Under the pieces are notes generated by a model. It was not told the origin of the DNA. It was given only the letters and a program-made list of their open reading frames with translations, and made no database searches. The position numbers were made by a program, and so were the translations under genes. Below are positions 30,717 through 39,298 of a stretch of 64,000 nt of DNA, one piece after another. Numbering within the stretch: the first letter of the stretch is position 1; each line of letters begins with the position of its first letter. Source of the DNA: Planctomycetota bacterium (GTDB lineage Bacteria > Planctomycetota > PLA2 > JAEUHO01); assembly GCA_965222115.1 (NCBI GenBank), contig CBDCTJ010000003.1:192001-256000 (forward strand), in the 5' to 3' direction.

Positions 30717-31940
30717 ATGAAGTCATTCTTGCTGGCGATGTGTTGTTGCATCGCCGTATGCGGGCTGGCTACTGACGCAACCGCGTATGACGGTTGTGGT
30801 TGGTCGGCTCCCGTTGTTAGCCCCTGTGCGTATCCTGTAGCAGACCCCTGCTGCACGACCCCGTGCTGGGATCCTTGCTCGTACACCACGCCTGTTCACA
30901 CGACGACGTGTTGGGACCCGTGCGCCTACACAACCCCATGTGTAGATCCGTGCTGGAATCACTGTGGTTGGCACAACTGTGGTTGGGATAACTGCGGTTG
31001 GCACAACTGTGCTTATGACCCCTGCTGTGTAACACCCTGTGCTGTACCGTGTGTCGATCCCTGCCAGCCTGCAGTAACCTCCACGCCCGTGGCCGTAACC
31101 ATGCCGGCGGTTACCAAGGTTAAGTGCAAAGTAGCTGTCTACGAGACGGTCGAAGAACCCATCATGCGGACCGAATGCACCGCAAAGTGGAAGGACGTTG
31201 AAGTAGACGTCTACAAGACCGAGTACCAGCCCATCATGGTTGACTGCAAGGTTGCCAAGTACGAGACGGTCCAAGAGCCTGTCTACATGAACAAGTGCAC
31301 GCCGGTGTACAAGGAAGTCGCCGTTGCTCAGTATGCCACGCGACAGGTTGCGGTCTATCGCACGCAGCGCACGCCGCGCTATTCATGCGTATCCGTACCC
31401 ATCACGTCGAGCTACACCGATCAGTGCTGCAACACGCAGTACGTGACGTGTGGCTACCGCACCGAGCGCCAGTTCGCCGGCTACGACTGCGAGCAGGTCG
31501 TGTGTGGCTATCGCACTGAGACCTACCAGTGTGGCACCACCACGCAGCGTGTGTTCTGCGGCTACAAGACCGAGCAGGTTCAATGTGGCACCCGCAATGT
31601 GCAAAAGCTCGTTGGCTACGACACCAAGCAAGTCCAGTGCGGCTACAAGTGTGTCCAGGTCAAGTCGGGTACCAAGACCGTGAAGCAGTTCGACGGTTGG
31701 GACCGCAAGCAGGTTCAGGTTGGTACACGCAAGTACCAGAAGATCACTGGCTGGGAAGAGAAGGAAGTTGAAGTCACGCCATGCGTCAATCCATGCCCCA
31801 TGCCGTGTCACAACCCCTGCCCCACACCCTGCAGCTATCCCGCTGCCGACCCCTGCACGACTACCGTGTCCTACCCGGCCGCGACGCCCTGCAGCTACCC
31901 TGTGACCTACACCCCCACCTACTACGGTTGCTGGTGGTAA
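30717..31940 (+). CDS. Secreted Cys/Pro/Tyr/Thr/Val-rich repeat protein (YTV-like composition), probable structural envelope protein
   Basis: Purine-rich RBS; signal peptide MKSFLLAM...ATA; PCxDPC repeats at both ends; periodic central region; strong terminator. Confidence 0.85.
   Translation: MKSFLLAMCCCIAVCGLATDATAYDGCGWSAPVVSPCAYPVADPCCTTPCWDPCSYTTPVHTTTCWDPCAYTTPCVDPCWNHCGWHNCGWDNCGWHNCAYDPCCVTPCAVPCVDPCQPAVTSTPVAVTMPAVTKVKCKVAVYETVEEPIMRTECTAKWKDVEVDVYKTEYQPIMVDCKVAKYETVQEPVYMNKCTPVYKEVAVAQYATRQVAVYRTQRTPRYSCVSVPITSSYTDQCCNTQYVTCGYRTERQFAGYDCEQVVCGYRTETYQCGTTTQRVFCGYKTEQVQCGTRNVQKLVGYDTKQVQCGYKCVQVKSGTKTVKQFDGWDRKQVQVGTRKYQKITGWEEKEVEVTPCVNPCPMPCHNPCPTPCSYPAADPCTTTVSYPAATPCSYPVTYTPTYYGCWW
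30961..31010 (+). repeat. 15-bp coding tandem repeat (about 3.3 copies, CGWxN)
   Basis: ACTGTGGTTGGCACA ACTGTGGTTGGGATA ACTGCGGTTGGCACA ACTGT. Confidence 0.85.
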
Positions 31941-32009
31941 AGGACATCCATGATTCGCGCCTCTAACGAGGCGAACCACATCCCATGATCGGCACGCGCC
32001 GATCGTCGC

Positions 32010-32042
32010 AAGCCGGCTCGGGTTTCCCGGGCCGGCTTTTTT
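32010..32042 (+). terminator. Rho-independent terminator
   Basis: AAGCCGGCTCGGG-TTT-CCCGGGCCGGCTT followed by a T tract; two further hairpins upstream in the 3' UTR. Confidence 0.9.
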
Positions 32043-32162
32043 CGTTTAGTGATGAGTGATTCACTCGAATGAGATTGCGCACGTCGATGTCTGCGCACGG
32101 ACACGTCGCACAACCCGGTGGCAACTGTGCCGGCTTCGATGTATCGGGGGCGCCTTGGGGCG

Positions 32163-32921
32163 TTACTGCTGCCGATTCTTTGACTTGTAGGAACCCAGAA
32201 ATCCCGGCACGCCATTGCCACCGATTTCGACAAACCGTACGGGAATCGATGATCGGCGGCCGCGTGCGTCACGGCGGTCGATTTGTATGTGAAGGTGTGG
32301 CATGGCGCTTTGTCCGGTATGGCCCGAATCGGCAATGTGTTGGCCGCGGGCAACGCGCTGACCCACCGACACGCGAGCACCGTTTACTTTGAGGTGGAGA
32401 TACAGTGCTTCCGTGCCATCCACGTGGCGAATGCGCACGTAGTTGCCGTGTTTTCCGTACTTGGGCGACGTACCGCGAATGGTTGAGTCCTCTTTGACGG
32501 CGATGACGACACCCGCACGTGAAGCGAGGATGGGTGTGCCCACGGGCATGGAAAAGTCAACGGCGTACTTCTGCGTGCCCGAATGACTGAACGGTCCCGG
32601 CCCGGCCTGCACCACGCGATAGGACTTGCCGGCACGATAGGGAAGGTAGTAGAGTCCGTCGTCTTTCGGTAACGCGCTATGTGGTGACACTTGGGACACC
32701 GAAGGTCGTGTGCCCGGCCCCACACGCACTTGAGGCGGCATCGTGGGCGGCGTCTTTGGCGACACCGATGGTGGAACGTAAGGCGCAAGTCGATCGTCAG
32801 CCGTGAACCCGGGCGACGCACGCAAGACGCTTCCTGCGCACCCATACAGCGTGCCCGTAACCAACACACACAACACCAAACACGTATAGGTACGCGTTCG
32901 ACTCGTGGCCCATTGACTCAT
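32163..32921 (-). CDS. M23-family metallopeptidase (lipoprotein)
   Basis: Lipobox LYGC; AVDFSMPVGTPILASRAG, GNYVRIRH, YLHL, SGHTG, PHLH. Confidence 0.92.
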   Translation of the reverse strand: MSQWATSRTRTYTCLVLCVLVTGTLYGCAGSVLRASPGFTADDRLAPYVPPSVSPKTPPTMPPQVRVGPGTRPSVSQVSPHSALPKDDGLYYLPYRAGKSYRVVQAGPGPFSHSGTQKYAVDFSMPVGTPILASRAGVVIAVKEDSTIRGTSPKYGKHGNYVRIRHVDGTEALYLHLKVNGARVSVGQRVARGQHIADSGHTGQSAMPHLHIQIDRRDARGRRSSIPVRFVEIGGNGVPGFLGSYKSKNRQQ

Positions 32922-32950
32922 GCTGCGTCCTTGGCTGAGAAATGTGCTAC

Positions 32951-33985
32951 TCAGCGGCGTGGCCATGCCGCAGGCGTTACACGGGCGCCGTGACCCCACG
33001 GCACGCTGCGGGTTCGCCACCAACCGCTTCCAAAGAATAGGGCAAGCACCAGGGCAGACGTCGCGAGACAAACACCAAGTCCCATCCGGGGAGCGATCCA
33101 GGCGATTTCAAACACGGCGAAGACAGCAAGCCCGGCATAGGAAAGCGCAACCGATGCGTGGGCGTGACCAATCTTGGTCAAGTGTTGATAGAGATGATCG
33201 CTGTGGGCCTTTGCCAAGGGAATCGACCGGCGCCATTTTCCTATCAGCGCCATACCGACATCGATCACGATTGGTAATAGCGCGCCCGCGGGCACGACCC
33301 ATGGCGTCAGCGAAGCATCGCTCGATCCGTGGATTCGATTCGACATCAAGGGAACGGTTGCCACAAGGAACCCAACCACCTGACTTCCGGAGTCGCCAAG
33401 AAACATGCGGGCCGGATGAACATTCCAAGCCGTGAAACCAATCAGCGCTCCACCAAACGCGGCGTATACCAAACCCAATACGGTGCCCGGCGCTGATGCG
33501 GATCCCACGACCACCAACACGCCCCCCGTCATAGAACAGAGGTGATCAATGCCATCAACAAAGTTCATCAAAATCACGCACGCCACAATCCAAAGCACCG
33601 TCATGGGTTGTGTCGCAGCCCCCAACGACAAATCGGGCCAAGGCGCCAGTGCAACGCCATGCCATCGCCAGCCAAGTCCGTAAACAGCCCCGGCTGCAAT
33701 ACCGATGAGGATGATCCCCTTTGTACGCGCGCGCAGTCGAGTGATGTCATCCACCAAGCCACACGCGAAAAGGAGCAACGCGGGCAACCCCACCGCCAGA
33801 GCACAGGATTGCCACGATCCGCGGGCGGGGAGAACGTAAGCGCTCACGACCAACGCAAAAATGGACGCGAGGATCACCAGCGTGCCACCAATGCGGGGCG
33901 TCGGTTTGACGTGGACCGAACGCGCTTCGGGGATGTCAAGTACACGACCCAATGCGGCGCGCTTGAGGAGCACCACGCCAACCAC
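32951..33985 (-). CDS. MraY/WecA-like (glycosyltransferase family 4) polyprenyl-phosphate HexNAc-1-phosphate transferase; true N-terminus probably in another frame
   Basis: DIPEARSVHVKPTPRIGG, GLVDD, NFVDGID, PARMFLGDSGS, HLYQ. Confidence 0.88.
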   Translation of the reverse strand: MVGVVLLKRAALGRVLDIPEARSVHVKPTPRIGGTLVILASIFALVVSAYVLPARGSWQSCALAVGLPALLLFACGLVDDITRLRARTKGIILIGIAAGAVYGLGWRWHGVALAPWPDLSLGAATQPMTVLWIVACVILMNFVDGIDHLCSMTGGVLVVVGSASAPGTVLGLVYAAFGGALIGFTAWNVHPARMFLGDSGSQVVGFLVATVPLMSNRIHGSSDASLTPWVVPAGALLPIVIDVGMALIGKWRRSIPLAKAHSDHLYQHLTKIGHAHASVALSYAGLAVFAVFEIAWIAPRMGLGVCLATSALVLALFFGSGWWRTRSVPWGHGARVTPAAWPRR

Positions 33986-34267
33986 AATCGAAAGCCCCGC
34001 ATGCGATGAGGGCGGTCAACAGTTGAGCAACGATTGGCTGAATCGGATCGCTCCTTGGTTCGGCCAACGAACACGCACGATGGACCGGGTTGGCCACTCT
34101 GCCTCACTCAGTGGACGACCCCGCGCCAATGATGGCTTCGATCCGCAGCGAATGGGCCGTGGACGCGAGGTCGGACACGCGAAACCCGCGCCTTGTTCCG
34201 AGGGTATAACGTAGGGTGGTTGCCTCGCGTATCTTCCCGGCAACTCCATTTCGAAGGGACAACCGTC

Positions 34268-35638
34268 ATGGGAGACGCCAACCCACCCGCCGTGAAGGCA
34301 AAGGATAAGCAGGCGGACGGGGCCGCAAACGGCAAGGATTCGTCAAAGGGTAAGTTGCAGGAGACTGGGAAAGAGGCGGCCAAGGGATCGCCACGAAGTG
34401 CCGAGGATTTGAAGCCTCAAAACCCCGCCCAAGCCTTGACAGAGGAAACGCTCCTGGAAAGTCCGGCGGCAATCGCACATCTACTTCGCCGTGCGGGCTT
34501 TGGCGCCGACCCTGAACAATGGGAAGCGCTCTCTCAGGGTAGCTACGACGACGCCGTAACGGCCGTCATGAATGAACTCAAGCGGCCGCCGTCCGCAGAA
34601 CCGTCCACGTTTGACCCCTATCAACCGGGAAGCATTCAGCAACTGTGGCTGGAACGCATGGTGCGCACGCGCGGCGGCGTCGCCGAGAAACTCACGCTCT
34701 TTTGGCACGGTCACTTCGCCACCTCGGAAGCCAAGATCAAAGATCCCGAGCTCATGTGGAAGCAATACACATTGCTGCGGAGTCAAGGGAGTGGACCGTT
34801 CCGTGACCTGCTCATGGGCATCAGCAAAGACCCCGCCATGATTCGCTGGCTCGACGGCAACGCCAATCGCAAGGGTACCGCCAACGAAAACTACGCGCGC
34901 GAACTCCAAGAGCTATTCACCCTCGGCATTGGCAACTACACCGAGACCGATGTTCGCGAAATCGCTCGCGCCTTTACGGGCTGGGGCAGCCGCCACCACG
35001 ATTTCGTGTTTCGCAAGCACTTTCACGACACGGGCGAAAAGACCGTGCATGGTAAGAAGGGCAACTGGACTGGCGAAGACGTCATTCGCATCGTTACCAA
35101 CCTGCCTGCATGCGCGCGCTACATCGCCAGGGAACTTCTCAAGTTCTATTCCCATCCTTCGCCGAACGAGGCCGAAGTTGCCGCCCTGGCGGGCGTGCTC
35201 ACCAAGAACGACATGCGCATCGACGCGGCGCTCGAGCATCTCTTTCGCGATCCGGCATTTCGTTCCACGCGTCGCGTTCGTTGCCTCGTGCGCGGTCCCG
35301 TCGATTTCATGGTGTCGGCGCTTCGGTGCAGTGATTTGCGCAGCGTCCCGCCCTGGGTCCACGGTGCTCTCGATCGCATGGGCCAAATTTTATTCCGTCC
35401 GCCCTCGGTCAAGGGGTGGACTTCGGGAACTGGCTGGCTGAGCGCCGGCGCCGTGGTGGAGCGTCTTCGTAGTGCCGAGCGCATTGCACAGGCCGCTCCC
35501 CTAACCGCCGTGGACGCGATTCCCGTAATTGCGTTCGACGGCAAGCTACCCGAGGCCCTTGCGGCCGCCACCCAACGTGCCGATGGCAAGGCGCGTGTTG
35601 CCACCATGCTTGGCAGTCCCGACTATCAATTGAAGTAG
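34268..35638 (+). CDS. DUF1800 family protein
   Basis: HLLRRAGFG, EKLTLFWHGHFATS, NENYARELQELFTLG, PPSVKGW. Confidence 0.93.
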   Translation: MGDANPPAVKAKDKQADGAANGKDSSKGKLQETGKEAAKGSPRSAEDLKPQNPAQALTEETLLESPAAIAHLLRRAGFGADPEQWEALSQGSYDDAVTAVMNELKRPPSAEPSTFDPYQPGSIQQLWLERMVRTRGGVAEKLTLFWHGHFATSEAKIKDPELMWKQYTLLRSQGSGPFRDLLMGISKDPAMIRWLDGNANRKGTANENYARELQELFTLGIGNYTETDVREIARAFTGWGSRHHDFVFRKHFHDTGEKTVHGKKGNWTGEDVIRIVTNLPACARYIARELLKFYSHPSPNEAEVAALAGVLTKNDMRIDAALEHLFRDPAFRSTRRVRCLVRGPVDFMVSALRCSDLRSVPPWVHGALDRMGQILFRPPSVKGWTSGTGWLSAGAVVERLRSAERIAQAAPLTAVDAIPVIAFDGKLPEALAAATQRADGKARVATMLGSPDYQLK

Positions 35639-35695
35639 GCTAGTCACGCATTCGTGTTCATCAGATACGTTCGTCGTTCCCAGGAGTCCATCCCC

Positions 35696-36910
35696 ATGAG
35701 TTCTCAGGAGCAGAAGTCGCCCGTGCACATGAATCGACGACGATTCCTTGAGCTTGGGCTGAGTACGGGCGTGGCGCTGGGATCGGTTGTTGCAGTACCA
35801 CGACTTGCGTTCGGTGATGCGGAAAAAGCCGCCAAGCGCGACACGCCGCGGCGAACGCTCGTGTTCCTTCATCTCAACGGTGGCAATGACGGACTCAACA
35901 CCGTCATTCCGTGGAAGGACGACAACTACCGTCGCATGCGTCCCAGCCTTGCCATCGATGCCAACCGCGTCCTGAAAATCGGTGACGGACTGGGATTCCA
36001 CCCGGCGCTTGGCGGACTGCAAACGCTCTGGAAAAAGAAGCGGCTAGCCGTGGTCAATGGTGTGGGTTACCCAAACCCCAACTACAGCCACTTCCGCAGT
36101 ACCGAGATTTGGTTTAGCGCCGAACCGGACAAGACCCCCACCTACGGCTGGCTCGGACGCGCGCTTGATCAGAATCCAAGCAAGAAGCCACTGCGCGCCG
36201 TTGCGCTACAGAAAGAACAACCGCTTAGTCTTGCGGCGTCCAAACCGGGCATTGTCACCATGACCGACTTTGGCCGATTCCGCGTGCCGCAGGCCATGGC
36301 CACAGCAGCCTCGCTTTACAAGACGTACGCAAATAGAAGCGATGGCGCGCGCGCCGAGGTTGGCGCCGCCGGAGAACAGGCGATCAGCGTAGCCAAGCGC
36401 ATTTCCAAACTGCAACCCTCGGGCAGTGGCATGTACGGCCCTCTCGGCGAAAGTCTTAAGAAAGTCGTCGCCTTGTTGTCGGCAGGCCTCGGTCTTGAGT
36501 GCATTCAGATCAGTTACGGCGGATTCGATACGCACAGCAATCAACTGCCCTCGCATCAACGCTTGCTTACGCAGGTGGGCAACAACTTGCGTGGCTTCCA
36601 AGATCACATTGAGAAGCTCGGCCTTGGTGAGTCCGTGGTGACGGTTGTTATGAGCGAGTTCGGACGCCGCGTCCCCGAAAACTTGTCGGGTGGTACCGAC
36701 CACGGCTCGGCTGGACCGGTCTTTGTCATTGGCAAGGGCATTCAGCACGGAACGTTTGGAGCCCAGCCGTCCCTGGAAGACCTCGACCGCGACAATTTGA
36801 AGTACACCACCGACTTCCGTCGCGTCTATGCGGCGGTCCTCAAGCACGCACTGGGCATGAACCCCGAACCGGTACTTGGCGCCTACAAGCCTTTGGAGCT
36901 ATTCGCATGA
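35696..36910 (+). CDS. DUF1501 family protein with Tat signal
   Basis: MNRRRFL; LNGGNDGLNTVIP, SHFRS, GGFDTH, SEFGRR, GTDHG. Confidence 0.93.
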   Translation: MSSQEQKSPVHMNRRRFLELGLSTGVALGSVVAVPRLAFGDAEKAAKRDTPRRTLVFLHLNGGNDGLNTVIPWKDDNYRRMRPSLAIDANRVLKIGDGLGFHPALGGLQTLWKKKRLAVVNGVGYPNPNYSHFRSTEIWFSAEPDKTPTYGWLGRALDQNPSKKPLRAVALQKEQPLSLAASKPGIVTMTDFGRFRVPQAMATAASLYKTYANRSDGARAEVGAAGEQAISVAKRISKLQPSGSGMYGPLGESLKKVVALLSAGLGLECIQISYGGFDTHSNQLPSHQRLLTQVGNNLRGFQDHIEKLGLGESVVTVVMSEFGRRVPENLSGGTDHGSAGPVFVIGKGIQHGTFGAQPSLEDLDRDNLKYTTDFRRVYAAVLKHALGMNPEPVLGAYKPLELFA

Positions 36911-38334
36911 CCCGTTCACAGAGTTTCTTTTCACAATGTTTCTTTTCACAGTGTTCCTTTTCACAATGTTCCTTCGCGTTGATCGCCTTCACAGTTTCGT
37001 TCGCCCTGCTCGGTGCGCCGCGCGCCGTAGCCAACGATGCATCGAAGGCCGCCAGTTCCAAGAAGGCGGATCCCAAAACGAAAGCGGCCTCCGTTGACAT
37101 TGATCCGGTCAACTTTGATTTGCTCCCGATGCATCCCGTGGAGCGCGGCGCGATCTTTCTGGACAACGAAGACGTCCTCAATCGCGCGTCGATTCTTCAC
37201 CGCCGCGCAAAGAAAACGCGCGAGAATCTCGCCAAGCGCAAGAATCAGAACGACGATGGATCCAAGAAGCTCCGCGCGCAGTTGAAGAAACTCCGTAAGG
37301 AAGCAGCCCCCGTACTCGGGAAGGTCGTAGACATTTGCAGCGCCTTCGAGTTCGACAAGACGTGCCTGAAGCTCCTGCAAGACGTGCCTCGAGGTCCCCA
37401 TCGCGTCATGCGCTACGCACACCGCACGGTGTTGAGCGTCGAGAGCCTTTCCCCCAAGCAGCGTGAACTGCTTGCACAGGTCATTGAGCAAATCGACGGC
37501 GCCACACTGGCCCTCCACGAACAAAAGAAACGCCAACGATTGAAGCTCAAGCAGTTGAAGACCGACCGCAGTGTCACCAACGAAATACTGCGCACGTTTG
37601 ATCGCCAGGTCTACGACATGGACAAGCGCTTCTGGCGCTTGGTGGACTACGTACTCACCGATGAACAGCGTTCCGTGGTATACGGTCGTCTCCCCGGCGC
37701 CTACCGCCAGCGATCACAGCTAATCGAACATCTCTATCGCACGCCCAACTTGACGCCGAAGCAGAGCGCGCGCCTCACAGCATTGCTCACAGAGATGGAA
37801 GCCGAGGCCTCACCGGACCGCGCGGCGCAAAAGCGCCTCGGTGCCGAACTAAAGAACAAGAAGCTCTCCAAGGCCGATCGCCAAGCAATTCAACGCGAGC
37901 TGCGAGATACCAATCGACGCCTCACGGAACTTGTTCGATTCGGCTACCTGGAAACGAAGAAAGTGTTTACCGACGAGCAGTGGATGTACTACCGCTCGAT
38001 TCCCCCCAAGATCAATGTGGGCGAACGTGCCCAGCGCATGGATCGCGTGCTCACGGGCTACAACCCGTCTGCCAAGGTGCGCAAACAGTTGCGCGCGCTA
38101 AAGAAGAGCGTTCAGGCGCGTCGCAAAGCGGCCTACAACCGCGTCAATGAAATTCGCAAGATGGGTGCCGACTATGGTCCCGACAGCCCCCAGATGATGT
38201 CGATGATGACCATGATGGCTGGTGCCACGGGCGATGCCGATGCCGCTTCGCGCGAAGCGATTGGCCGTGCGTTCCTCGAGGTGATACCCGAGGAAGATAC
38301 GACCCGCTGGGTTCTGAGCGTCTTTGGACGGTAG
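36907..38334 (+). CDS. Secreted helical protein with several LTxxQ (Spy/CpxP-like) motifs
   Basis: ATGA-coupled to DUF1501; signal peptide; LSPKQ, LTDEQ, LTPKQ, FTDEQ. Confidence 0.65.
   Translation: MTRSQSFFSQCFFSQCSFSQCSFALIAFTVSFALLGAPRAVANDASKAASSKKADPKTKAASVDIDPVNFDLLPMHPVERGAIFLDNEDVLNRASILHRRAKKTRENLAKRKNQNDDGSKKLRAQLKKLRKEAAPVLGKVVDICSAFEFDKTCLKLLQDVPRGPHRVMRYAHRTVLSVESLSPKQRELLAQVIEQIDGATLALHEQKKRQRLKLKQLKTDRSVTNEILRTFDRQVYDMDKRFWRLVDYVLTDEQRSVVYGRLPGAYRQRSQLIEHLYRTPNLTPKQSARLTALLTEMEAEASPDRAAQKRLGAELKNKKLSKADRQAIQRELRDTNRRLTELVRFGYLETKKVFTDEQWMYYRSIPPKINVGERAQRMDRVLTGYNPSAKVRKQLRALKKSVQARRKAAYNRVNEIRKMGADYGPDSPQMMSMMTMMAGATGDADAASREAIGRAFLEVIPEEDTTRWVLSVFGR
36916..36975 (+). repeat. 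15-bp tandem repeat x4 in the signal-peptide N-region
   Basis: TCACAGAGTTTCTTT TCACAATGTTTCTTT TCACAGTGTTCCTTT TCACAATGTTCCTTC. Confidence 0.9.
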
Positions 38335-39298
38335 TCTCGCCCATCGGCACGCGGCTGTACTCATTGTCGGTTCCGGTTTCGCCGGTGCATCGACGGCGTT
38401 TCATCTGAAGCGTGTAGGTGTATCGGATGTCGTCGTTGTCGAACGTGAATCGGATGGCGTTGCGCACTCGAGCGGTCGCAATGCAGCCATGATTCGCCGC
38501 CACACGGGGGATGCCGAAGTCGATCGATTCACTACGCGCGGTGCCGATGCGTTGCGTACTTTGCAACTCGTTCCCTTTCGTACATGCGGTGGATTCTTGT
38601 TGGGTCCCGATCAAGGCGACGATGATCTCAGCGAGCTCGTTCCGACGCTCCGAGGGTGGGGCACGTATGAACCGCGCGACGGCACCGTCGATCCGGGGGC
38701 ATTGCTCGCGGCGTACCTGAGGGGTGCAAACGTCGAATATGGCTGCGATGTGCTGGAGATCGAGCCGCAACCGGACGGCGCTCTTGTTCACACCTCGCGT
38801 GGTACGTGGCAGGCCGACATCGTGGTCAATGCCGCGGGGGCATGGGCAGGTCGCGTTGGCGGCCTCGAGGTATCGCCAACCAATCGCCATGTCTATCGCA
38901 CACGGTTGCCCGCAGGAATTCCCACGAACGCGCCCTATGTGTGGGACGAGCAACGCGGCTACTACTTGCGCCCCGAAAACACAACGTTGCTCACAAGTCC
39001 TTGCGACGAAACACCCGCGCGGCCGGGCGCCTACATTGAAAATCCGAATGCTCTGCGGGAACTAAGCGAGACGCTCGCGAAGGCACAGCCTGATTTGGGT
39101 GCGCTCGAAATCAGGTCCACATGGGTTGGACAACGAACCTTTGCGCGGGATCGCCGGCCCATCCTTGGCTTTGACGCCGAGCGCCCGCGCCTGTATCACG
39201 TGGCGGCCCTCGGTGGACACGGCGTAACACTCTCCTACGCGGTGGGTGAACACGCCGCGGGTGAAATTGCGGCCGCGCTCGCGCCCACTACTTCTTGA
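38324..39298 (+). CDS. FAD-dependent oxidoreductase (D-amino acid oxidase/sarcosine oxidase family)
   Basis: IVGSGFAG, SSGRNAAM, VVNAAGAWA, RTFARDRRPILG, GGHGVT. Confidence 0.9.
   Translation: MDGSLAHRHAAVLIVGSGFAGASTAFHLKRVGVSDVVVVERESDGVAHSSGRNAAMIRRHTGDAEVDRFTTRGADALRTLQLVPFRTCGGFLLGPDQGDDDLSELVPTLRGWGTYEPRDGTVDPGALLAAYLRGANVEYGCDVLEIEPQPDGALVHTSRGTWQADIVVNAAGAWAGRVGGLEVSPTNRHVYRTRLPAGIPTNAPYVWDEQRGYYLRPENTTLLTSPCDETPARPGAYIENPNALRELSETLAKAQPDLGALEIRSTWVGQRTFARDRRPILGFDAERPRLYHVAALGGHGVTLSYAVGEHAAGEIAAALAPTTS

Noticed and set aside
34016-34018. In-frame TGA upstream of the WecA-like ORF (C-U motif?)
   Set aside because: Flanking translation is not protein-like; a one-base frameshift at 33995-33998 restores a proper TM helix instead
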